From Chrysomallon squamiferum (Eukaryota; Animalia; Mollusca), in contig CM022671.1 in assembly GCA_012295275.1 (NCBI GenBank), forward strand, positions 20,150,001-20,214,000: DNA of 64,000 nt, in the 5' to 3' direction. The notes beneath the pieces were generated by a model, which searched no databases, was not told the origin of the DNA, and saw nothing but the letters and a program-made list of their open reading frames with translations. Made by a program: the position numbers and the translations under genes. Shown one piece after another: positions 1-12,100 of this stretch; positions within the stretch are counted from its first letter, which is position 1; each line of letters starts with the position of its first letter.

Positions 1-541
1 TGTTTTTGATTAGTTGTTGCTACTGTTCATTGTTGTTATTGTTGTTATTATTGTTATTATTATTATTTATTAAAATTATTATTATTATTATTAACACTGA
101 ATATTATTAATTAGTGAAAAAATGATTATAAGCCTTGGTTTCGAACTAATTATGTTAATGTTAAAAAAGTATTAAAACAATTAGTTTGAGTCCTTTGATT
201 CGAATGCAAAATCACTGTTTTCTGTTAGTTTGTTATTGTTATCTATAACAATATTATGGCGCAAAACGTGAAAAAGTGTAAAATGTTTGCATATTAATAT
301 TTTGTATATTAATGGTCATCACGTGAAAACATTGTTTGTGGATTTAGATTTCCGTTCACAATTCGCTCACACATATGCACACTATTGTGCATCTCTGTGT
401 GTTTGTGTGTGTGGTAAATTACGTAGAAATAAACTAATTATTAATTACAACTGTTTACATTTAGTTAGTTAGTTAGTTAGTTAGTTATTTAGTTGGCTGT
501 TTCTGTTATTTTATTTTATTTTATTTTATTTTATTTTATAG

Positions 542-867
542 TTCTTACATACAAGCCATGGCTTGTATAAGAGATCTGAAGCTGAAGTGTCCTGTAGAGA
601 AACACGTAGAAATAAACAGGTCAATGATTAACTTGCAAGGAGCAGAAAGAGAGCTAGCAGAACTGTGCTATGATGATAATTTGTATGAAAGTAAGTACAA
701 TTTTTTTTTTTTTTTTTTTTTTTATCATGTATTATATTTATTTTACTGGCCCAGAAAATGTACGATAGATGGGGTTATTTAGGATCTTTAAAGACTACCA
801 TTGTTGTTTAGAGTCTTTAAATAATAATAGTAATAATAATGATGATTATGATGATGATAATAATAAC

Positions 868-911
<44 letters not shown>

Positions 912-1624
912 TTATTTATATTTCCTATTCATTATTTTATTGTTATGAGCGATATGTAGCAGCAGAATAATACTGTTCCAAAACATCTGAACTCTGCCAT
1001 TGTAGCCCTTCACAATTGACGTTATCGCTTTATTCAATGACAAGGCTAAAAGTAACGTTTTAGAAAATCGGTGTATCCTGTACGCGATGACGTAATAATT
1101 ACAGAAAAATGGCTGCGCCTCGTTATTAATAAGTCTGGACAGGAAAGAAACCCAGCCAAAACAACAACAACCAATAAACAAATAAAAAACATAATTTGGA
1201 AACTAGCAAAATATATTTGATTATTTCTTCGTTTAATCTATTATTATTATTTTTAAATAAAACGGCTGTTATTAAATTATATACTTATATATGTATATTT
1301 ATATAGAGAGATATATATTCTTTTGTTGTTATTACAGAATATGCCATTCATCAGACGTGTTTCGCAAACGAGGGTTTTCTAACAGAACACTGTTTTGAGA
1401 GATTTCTCAACAGTACACTACGTATTTTAACCAGAGTCTACTACAATTCCATGTATGAACTGTGCAGGTAATTAACCCTACTATTTTTCCTACAATCACA
1501 ATATTATGTTAACAGAGACCATTTATTAACTACTTTGTCTCCCTTTCTGTTTCAGCCTGAGACTTTTTCTTCCTTTCTTGTTTACTCTTTCATGATTCTC
1601 TCTGTTTTTCACAGCATGTATGTC

Positions 1625-1712
<88 letters not shown>

Positions 1713-2927
1713 GCTCACACATATAAAATTCACCAGTTCGCCATGGAAAATTGTTGTCTTTTATAAAGTTATCAAAACACTGGCACTGTTACTACAGAGC
1801 TTTTCTTTCTTCCAGTAACATGAAAAAAATCATGGACTGTGTAAAACCAAATATCTTGATGAAATGCGGACCAGCAGCAGAAGATTTGGTAGAAAAGCTT
1901 ATCAAACCAATGATACGTCGCAGCAGTGAATGTGACAATGATATCTTTCATGAAATTCCACCCACTCAGGTAAAGTCTGTTTTTATAACGAGTTCACATA
2001 ACTGTACAATAATTTTAAAAAAGAACAAAACAAAACTAAACAAAACAACCAACCAAACAAACAAAAAAACCTGTTTGAGAATAGATAATGTATGAACATT
2101 TGCAAATTTCCATTTTATTGGTTCAGATGTTTCTGACGATCAAAAAAAATGTTAAACAACAACAACGACAACAATAATAACAAAAACTTTGTAGGCCAAG
2201 CAATCATGTAAGGCATATCACTCATAGCTGTAATAATGAAGCTATGGATCTTAAGACATCAAAACAGAAGAATTGAAAACTTGACGTTTAAATGTTCCGC
2301 ACTCGAGATCAGAAAAAGACCCAGCTGGAATCTAAGAATAAACGCGTGTTTCTTAATCGTTACTGAAAAGAAATATCGTTTCACTATTCGAAGGCGATTA
2401 TCGTGACTCTTTATAACCTGGCTATTTTAGAATCAGTTATTCACCCAGAGTCTTGGTCAGCCTTTCGCTCCATCAGTAACTGACTCTCTGATTAATGATC
2501 ATTCTGCTTAATAATAATAATAATAATAATAAAATGAAGCTAGCTAAGATCTAAGAAAATTCTTTGTCCGAAATCGTATTCAGCCATTTTCTTAAGAAAT
2601 CTTGTTTTGCTGATATAATTCGAAACAAGCTTATATGGCTTAATAATAGACTAAATCTATCTTAGAAATGATCAAAATCAAATCGAATGTTTGTTATGAC
2701 AGTCAATGTCGGTAAGAATTTAATGAAATATAAATATTTTTATTTTTTAGCGATTTCTCCAGTTGTCAACTTCAAAGCCAACCATGCCTATTTATTCCGT
2801 GAAACGTCATCGCCAGATAATAACTGACGAAACGGCTTTGGGATCTAGTGATTCATATCCCATAACGTTCAATTTTCACATTTTATTATTATCTGCATTG
2901 GTATCAGTTTTAAATTCAACTAGATGA
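542..2927 (+). CDS. 3' part of a Cys-rich secreted/probably GPI-anchored protein; exons 542-690, 1338-1467, 1816-1969, 2751-2927; 5' end lies outside the window
   Basis: Four GT-AG exons join in frame (phases 2/1/2/0): SYIQAMACIRDLKLKC...ELCYDDNLYE-KYAIHQTCF...YELC-SNMKKIMDCVKPNILMKCG...PPTQ-RFLQLSTSK...ALGSSDSYPITFNFHILLLSALVSVLNSTR*. Spaced cysteines, then a small-residue site (GSS) and a hydrophobic C-terminal tail resembling a GPI signal. An alternative in-frame acceptor at 1798 is also possible. Confidence 0.7.
1630..1708. repeat. (CT)n microsatellite
   Basis: Direct reading. Confidence 0.98.
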
Positions 2928-3290
2928 TTGTGAATGGAACTTCGCTTTGGAACGGTGTTTTTATGTGGAACTTACAGCAAAAGAAATGTTTGGGGATCTG
3001 TTGAAAGAAGCAGATTCAAAATGGTTAAACTGAGGACAAATAGAAAGGAATGCGGCGACTCGAAACAATGAGTGCCGATTTGGTATATTAAGAATGGTAG
3101 GATTGATTACATATGATCAAATCATTTCATTTAATTTGATATTGTAACATATATTCACACACGTGAATTTTTAAGCTTTACATGAACAATTAGTAATATA
3201 AATTCCGAATTTCTGACTCAGCAGCGAATTAAATGGATTTGAATTGTAATGGTCTTTTTTGTTTTATTTTTGTTTTTGTTTTGTTTTGTT

Positions 3291-3332
<42 letters not shown>

Positions 3333-3369
3333 TATTATTATTATTATTATTAATTAATTAATTTATTTA

Positions 3370-3435
3370 TTTATTTATTTATTTATTTACTTTGGAAATC
3401 ATTTAAATGATATGATATGGATCTGTAAATAATTT
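3370..3435 (+). repeat. Short dispersed repeat; second copy at about 20836-20905
   Basis: tttatttactt(t/c)ggaaatc..ttaaatgatatgatatgga.ctgtaa is present at both sites, each preceded by AAT/ATT and ATTT microsatellites. Confidence 0.75.
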
Positions 3436-4440
3436 GACATAATTCCTTGCTTTTTAATTCTCAGTCAATCACTGGCTTACATTTTCATGTGCAGTTGTAT
3501 GATAAGAAATGTATATTTTACAAGGAATATCTCAGTTTGAAAAATGTTTAAATAAACGCCAAGAATTAAACCCCCATCACTGTAAGATACTTAAATATAA
3601 AATTTAGTTTAATAAATATCTTTTATCATAATTTAATTTATTTTTTATTTTTTTTTATTACTAACATCTATTTCATATTTTCATTTCTTTCCGAATTTGC
3701 CTGTCAAACGTTTGTCCTTTTAAAACATGTTTAAATATACCTATAAACAAACAAAAACAACATATTTATATATATCTGTATATATAATTGCCTACAATAT
3801 GATTATTAATTAAAAATATTATTTCGAAAATGAAAAGTTTATCTTTTTGATATCTGTACATTATCTGGGCACATCTATTTTTTAAAATGAAGTTATTTAA
3901 TTGCTTTCTTGTATTTTGGGGAAATAACCACGATATATACATCATAGTCAGAAAATAATTAATGTCATATAATAATTGTACTTTTGAATATAACCTAAAT
4001 AGATTTTTTTTATACCTCAAATCTGTTGTTTTATTCAGTTTTGGATATCGGTCAGTGATTTAGAACGACAAATAACATGGAAATACTATTCACCGTTTTC
4101 TCATTTGAAACACATATTCGTGTCAGACTGAGCAATCATTATATACTTGCCATGTCTACGATTAGACTATAGTTTTTATTTATTTACAAAATAGAAAATT
4201 AAAAAAGGAAAAAAAGAAAAATGAAATGAAAAAAAAGAAGCTGGTTCTTTATTTCGTCATTGCTTTTGCTGACAACGGAAGGTTATTTACAACAAATAAA
4301 ACAATGTTTCTGAAATATACAAAATGTATTATGACTATTAATTTTGTTCATTCTTTTTATTGCATGTTACAGGTTCTAAGAGAAAGTAGTTTGTCAGTTT
4401 CCTTTATATTCTATGAGTTTTTAAAACGGCAAAAGAGAAA

Positions 4441-4568
<128 letters not shown>

Positions 4569-4654
4569 TTAAAAAAGAAGAATTAAAAAAATATAAAAAT
4601 AAAAACAATTACTGCAAAAATAGAACATTTTATTTTCTGTCAAGGCAAATTCAG

Positions 4655-4800
4655 AAAAAATATATTATAATAATCATAATAATAATAAAATAAATGCATC
4701 ACTATAAAAAAATATGACTTATGAAAGAAAAAATATATTATAATAATCATAATAATAATAAAATAAATGCATCAGTATAAAAAAATATAACTTATGAAAG
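4655..4800. repeat. Tandem duplication of about 73 bp
   Basis: aaaaaatatattataataatcataataataataaaataaatgcatca.tataaaaaaatat.acttatgaaag appears twice. Confidence 0.85.
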
Positions 4801-5398
4801 CATTCTATTACTCTGATTTTTAAAAACAAAAAGTGATAGTGTTAAAGGCACAAAAGTATTTCATTACAAATAAAAATATATTCATTAACTTTCAGTAATC
4901 CATACTACTTTATTCTCAGTACCCATATAAGGTGTGACAAAAATTAAACACAAGAGCTTAATACCATTATTTATTTATTTTTAAATAAAACTGTGTAGCT
5001 AATGAATATATTGTTCTAAAAGCATTACTATTATGGCTTAGATCACTCATCAGTTTACAGTTTATATGACAGAGAGATGCAATTTCTAACTGTTCAAGCC
5101 TGTATATATGAAGAAATGATTCAACATAAATTGAAAATGAACTTGATCAGTACAAAACACATTAACTTTACCTCCTTGTATGATATAATTATATTATAAT
5201 ACACATCTTTTTTTTCCCCCTTAGATATTGCACTGTCTCTGGCCATACATAAACATTCTCTTTATATTTCGAAAGCAGTTAACTAAAGTTTCATTATAAC
5301 TAACCTGAACTGAATCATTTTCAGATAACATTTTATTTTTAAAAATTTGAAATTAATAATAATAATAAATAATTTAAAAAATAAACTAAAACAAATCA

Positions 5399-8300
5399 TT
5401 ATGCTTCCAGTTTCTTTTCATCTGATTTTGCATCATTTAAAGGTTTCTTCATTAATGTTCCAAGTGCAATACCAAGAAACATGAACATTCCAACATAGAC
5501 ATTTGATCTAAACTTAACAGAACAGTCTTCAGCATTATCCAGATCTACAGAGTAAATCTGAAATAAATATGATCACATATTAACAGTTAACAAAATCTAT
5601 TTATTCATTCTGATTAAAGTGGAAGTATATTTTTCTTGTGTCAGAATAGAATAAAAACCATTAATATAAATAGGAAGCAGTACATATGAAGGTAAGAAAT
5701 ATGAGCTTAAAGTATAATTCCTGTTCATTCATTCTCTGTTTCAAATGCTGTTTATTTATCTCAACTGAGAATAGATTTTTAAAATGTCAAACAGAATAAT
5801 GTCAAACATTAATATAAAATTAAATTAAAGCATAAATATGAAAATAGTCTGAATGTAAAGACAGAAAGTGTATCCAACATGTAATTCATTGTGATCCATA
5901 TTTAGTCTTTTCATTTATGGTAATAAATGGTGGATATTTACAAATCAAATATTTATTAGATTATTAGTTTTTGTTTTTTTCCAGTGTCTTTATGGTTCAC
6001 TGTTATGAGACAATTATCTATATATTTTTCATTAATAAACTATATCTAGTTAAAACATGTTCTATTAACTTACATTAAGCAAATAAAATTACTACCATAC
6101 ATACACACATAAATTTTTTAAAAAACATTTAAAAAAAAAATAATAATAATAATAAAAATAATTTTAAAAATACCTTCTCTTTATAAATTATTTATTTTAT
6201 TTTTATTATTAAAAACGTATCAAGTTAAATACCTGATAATACAGATGTGCTGCTGTAACTGCTACTGCAGAGTAGAATGGCCAGGTCTGGTCTGTGAGGT
6301 AGCCAGTGAGTGACAGACCTCCAATCATGACACCTGTAAACACAGAGAGGACAGGCTTGGTTTTGTCTCCCAGAGTAAGTGCTGTCGACTTGACTCCAAT
6401 CAACATGTCATCATATTTGTCCTAGGCAAAATATAATAGTGTGTTTTTAAGGCTAATGCAATCTGTTCAATATCTTCGATATATATAAAATTATATGTAA
6501 TACCATATGTAGGTTAGAATATTTAACAATAACCAAAAAAACTCAAAAACAAAAACATTATATATAAATTTGAAAGCTATTATTTGTCTGTACAATTCAG
6601 ATATAGTAGAAATCTGTTTAATTACTTTACCCAAATATAAGTTAAATAATAATAATAATAATAATAATAATAAGACAAAACAACTTGTTAACAAACAACA
6701 ACAACAACAACAACAACAAAAAAATAGAAAAGTAAAGAAAATAAATTTAAATAATAAATCTATTCTTAGTTTCATTAAATAAACTCTTTTTATCATTTCT
6801 GAATTTAAAATCTAAATCAAAATACTGTTCTCAAAATTTTATTAGTTTGTCAAAGATACCAGTGACAAAATGAAGTATTTTTCCACAGTTGATTATTTAT
6901 TAAAATGCTTAAAGCACTAGTAATTTATAAAAAAAATAAAAATAACATAAAAATAAAAAAATCATTATGCAGTAAATATACAATTCATAGTTAATAAAAA
7001 CTATGTTTAAAGAACAGGGTGGTTGGCATCAATAGTAGGGGCAAAAAATATTTGTCTCTAGGTATAATAGAAATAATTAACATTTTCAAAATATTAAATA
7101 CTAACAGTAGCTATCTGGCTTAAAGACAAAATGAATATTTGTTTAGCAACTCAAAATTTGTTAACATTACTTTCTGACATGGCTGTAAAATATCAGCTGT
7201 GATTCTGGCAACCTAAGGCTGCACTGATGGTGATAGTTCCTGTGACCTATCATATCCAAGGCTTGTTTCAAAGCACATACTCTACTGCTTGCTATCTGTA
7301 GTTTGAAGACTAGGTATCAAGAAATGTTTGAGTTTCCCTCCTCACTATTTATTGTGTACATATTTTTGGACAAAATAAATTTACTTCAGTTTTTAAAAAT
7401 AAAAAAATTAGATTTTTTGTTTCAAGTTTCAATATTTGTTTGTAGTTTATGTTTTTTCTTTCTTTTCTGTTTTAGTTTATAATAATTAATAATAATTTTG
7501 TTAAAATATAATCCTTTTAAAATACTATATCTAAATATTTTAAATCAAAAGAAAAACAAACAAACAAATGCTGAAAATTAAGTGATTATAAATGTATATA
7601 TACAAATTCCTGTTCTATAATATATGAAAAGCAGTTGACTACATTTTTTAAAGCAGGCAGGGTGATGGTGTAGAAAGAGCTGCTGATTGCTACATAAAGC
7701 AACACCAACATAAACCAAATCATTTCAATCACAGTGGACATAAAGATTTAAAAAAAAAAAAAAAAAAAAAAAATTGTTAAGTATTGTTTTGAAACTACCT
7801 AATCAAAACATTAATGAAGAACATCCAAAAAAGTATTTCATGATTTTGTTTAGAATTTAATAACTTTTTCTTATTATGGTTTTAAATTATACTAACATTA
7901 CTCTTTTTTTTTTTCTCTTTTCTTCCTAAAAAATGATTTGAGAATTCATGGGGCTTATTTTCCATGCTTTGACTACAAGGCCTTAACAAAGGAGCAAACC
8001 ACTGAAGTGACTGATTACTACTCACTTGGTGAGCATAGATGGTGTCATATATTAGAGTCCATGCTATACACGCTGAATACAGTGGCAAAACTAGGAGCCA
8101 ATCTGTGTATCCCCTGACTGCCGAGTACCCAAGAATAGCTCCATAGTTGAACGTCAGACCTATATACACAGCAACCAAAACATTTTAGAATCATATTTTC
8201 AACAAGAAAGACTATCCTTGAATCTCTCCAACAGCATGTTTTGGGGTGAGTTTTTTTTTTAGGATGGATTAGTTGAATTATATCCCTGTCACATTAAGCA

Positions 8301-9096
8301 AACTAATAATATTTTGGTTAAATAACCAAGATTTTAAAATATATATGCTTTGAACTAAGTGGCTCATCAAGTTTTTGGGGTTTTAAGGGTTGAGATTGGC
8401 TGTAATTTCATTTCACATTTTCCTTGTAAAGTTGCATAAAGAATAATGTTTCTCAAGTTTTACATAAGATTAGTAAATATTTCTGTTGACAATTCTGATA
8501 TCACTGTTTTAAAACTTTCATTTAACATGCTATATAAAGCTTGTAAAAAAGAACAATACCAATCATAAAATAAAACAAACTCCTTAAAACTGTGTTTTTA
8601 GAAACAACAGAAAATCTTCTTGAAAATGCAGTCATGAATGTTTAGTTTAATTTTAATCTTTGAAACCAAATTGCTGTTTAAAAATGAGCTAACAATTATG
8701 AAAGGTTTCAACAAACAATCAAACAAACAAATGTTAAGAATAAAAACTTGTTTGCTGTTAATACATGCATTTAAATTTATATATATATTTTCTTAAAGCT
8801 CTCCTATTCTAAATTTTTGTTTTATAGTCAAAACAAAAATTACATTTTGTCATAAATTAGAAACTGAGTTCTAATTTATTAAAGATTTAACTGAATGAAA
8901 AGAAATTTTAACTAGGTAATAGATTTAGAAAATGGCTGACAAGCCAAAGAATAAAGAAATTTCAGTTGCTGTGCAGAATTTAGCAAACTGTGAAGGAACT
9001 AGTAAAATTTCACTGAAAAAACAATTTCTAGAATTTCAAAAAAAAAAAAAAAAGTCACAAATTAACATCAAAGAATTATTATTTATTAATTTATTA

Positions 9097-9147
<51 letters not shown>

Positions 9148-12100
9148 ATATAATTATTATTATATATATATATATATTTTTTTTTTAACCTTCTTTTTAA
9201 CTGCCCCGGTAAAAATCTATGCAAAGAAGATATAGGAGACAGATATTACTATCATTTAAATTCTTTAATATTATTATTTATTATTTATTTTATTTATTTA
9301 TTTATTTAAGAAGGAATATTCTATATTTTAAAATGTTTGCTTGGTCTGACAGAGATATAAAACATACAGGTATTTGAAAAAAACAAAAACAAAAAAGTAA
9401 CAAAAAATAAATATATATATTAATAATAATAAAAACCAACAAATACAACTTAACAAATGAAAAAATGCTGGAGGAGACTGTTTTTCTTTTGTTAGAATAA
9501 ATCATTCTCAAGGTAAATAACTAGCATCATTCTCCTGTGTTAAACCTGCAATGTTCAAGCATGGAAAATTAGTAAATGAAAAATGAAACAGAAACCAAGT
9601 TATATAATGGAACTGAAAATATAGAATAAATAGAAAAGAATTAAAAACAAAAAACTGAAAAACCAAACCAAGCCAAATAGCAATCATGCTATGAGATGGA
9701 AATACAATTATTCTAATTATTTTATCATCCATTAATAAAATATTTTAATTTCTAAAATGTATATTTAATTTACATTATGAAGGGTAAAGCTTTAGAAAAT
9801 TTTGTTATTTTTGGGAGTTTTTTTTTTCAAAACTTTGTATATTTATAAATATCATTTGTGATTAATATTAATTATTACTATTATTATTTTGTTTTTTAAG
9901 GTTAATCAAAATATTTAATGTTTTAATTTTTTTTTTTTTAATATAAAATCAGTTGTGTTTATTTTATAATTTTTTTTTCTCTTGTTATTTTAAAAGTTAT
10001 TTTTATTGAGTTAAAAACAAAATCAATATAACAATGATTACATGTCAAAATATCTATTTTAGTAATACAGCTGGGATTTTTTTTAATAGAAAATCTTTTA
10101 ATTTAAAATAGAATGTAACTATCATTTATGTTCCAATAAATGAAAAAATAAATCCAAGTATGTCTAATAATATCATTTCTACTATTATTCAAATATTAAA
10201 CTGAAGCTACAAGCATAAGTGCACTTCTGCAATAACTGTTAAGGCAGGACAATTAAGGGCTAAATAATAATTTATAAAGCAAACTATTTCTTTTTCAAGC
10301 AGCATGCATATGCATGTATATGTCTTCACTTTCTTTACTGCCTACACAGCATTGGGAAAAAGCATAAATAGGAACAAAAAATATATACACTGGATTTGTA
10401 AAGGGTTAGGAAGTTGAGGATTTGTTTTGATTTAAAAAAAAAATAATAATAATAATAAAAATATTTGTATCAGTTTCTGTTTCATTTTTCAAAAGAAGGT
10501 CCATTCAAATATGTATTCTGACTTGATGTAAGTGTTTCTGGCTAACACTATGTTTAGCCACAACAGTGATAAAACCCTCTTTAAGATGTTCTGTACCTGG
10601 TGAGAGTAAATAGTGTCATAGCAAATTGTGTAGAGGACACAGGCAAGATACAGAGGTAGCACTGTGCTCTCCAGACTCCCTCGTAGAGCCGACCAGGAGA
10701 GCAGGACACCCCAGTTCAGAGTAATGCCTGAAAGAAAATTTATCTTTTTCTCTCGATGACGTGAATAGTTACATCAAACAAATTTAAGTTAAAAATGGAT
10801 GAGTCAAAACAGATGAATATTTTAAAATTAGAAAAGATATGAAGATATTAAAAGTTTAAAAATCAGTATTTTTATTAATGCAGTGTTTAAATATAAAATT
10901 ATCTGGGTAAAGATCAGTAAAATAAAATAGCTTTTATTAATGCAGTATTTGAATAAAATCAAAGCATTTGGGTAAAGATCAGTTGAATTAAAATAAAATT
11001 TATTAATGCAGTATTTAAATCAAAAAGATAAACAATATGTATTTTAAAAAGTAAAATTATTTTGATAAAGGTTATCTTAATCAAATATATATTCTGAAAT
11101 GTTGAGTAAAAGTTTTATTTAAAAAAAAAACGATATTAAAATATAATAATAAATAATTTGTTCAAAGCCATACATTACCAGTAACATTAAATCCTTAGCA
11201 AAACAATATATCAAATACCCCAAAAATATTCATCATACAATTAACCTACTAATTTACTTTTTAATGCTAGAAATATGTATTCGACTGAGCAATCAGTTCA
11301 TTTGCAAAGCATCACATCTGTGAGGTTTTTGCTAACATAACACTGTGACATGCAGGGATGGTTACAGAATTAGCGTTCCTTTAGAATCTGCATGATCAAT
11401 ATAAACTAAATTGCAAAACACAACCTTTTATTTGATAATGTATTTCCTCAAAATAATCCTACAAGGAATAAACAGTTCTTGATAAAAAGTTTTAAGAATT
11501 CATATTCCACATCAAAACAAAATTCTGATTGTAACATTCACCTATAACTGGCACAAAGTGTTTTAAAAATAAAAAATCACCACCTCACAGAATTCCTCAA
11601 AGGAGTTTACTGGTACTGAGGAAATACAGTATTATTTTGTTTGCAGTTTGTATTAAGCAAACATTTTATATGAATGTTAATGGAAAAGTTGTTAACTAAT
11701 TTATTACAGTTTATGGGTTTAATGTGTGGATGTTACAATAGCAGTCATTTTGTTTTAATGCTACATTAAAATGAAATCAATGCACTAGAAATATTTTTTT
11801 TAAATATCCACAATCATTTTCTGTTAAAAAATGTATTATACAATGTATATGCAAATTATATTTTACACTAGTTAATAGCCATTATTACAAGATAATGTTT
11901 TAATATGATGAAAATATTAATACTTGTCAGTCTCATATAAATTAGTTTTTTCACCTTATCAATGTCTTAATCAAAATTATTGATCATACAATTGTTATAT
12001 ATTAAATCAAAGGGGTGGCTCTTTAAAGATGAATATAAAATAAAAAATATATACAGACCTAACATTACTTGAGGCCAGTTTGTAAATCTTTTAGCCAATG

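Noticed and set aside
7140-7350. Possible third copy of the COQ2 alternative exon
   Set aside because: No NWG or YDTIY motif, and no phase 1-0 splice pair of about 130 nt on the minus strand.
7682-11296. 9-bp complementarity between ctgattgct (7683-7691) and agcaatcag (11288-11296) as a docking/selector pair
   Set aside because: Short enough to be chance, and the pairing would loop out both alternative exons.
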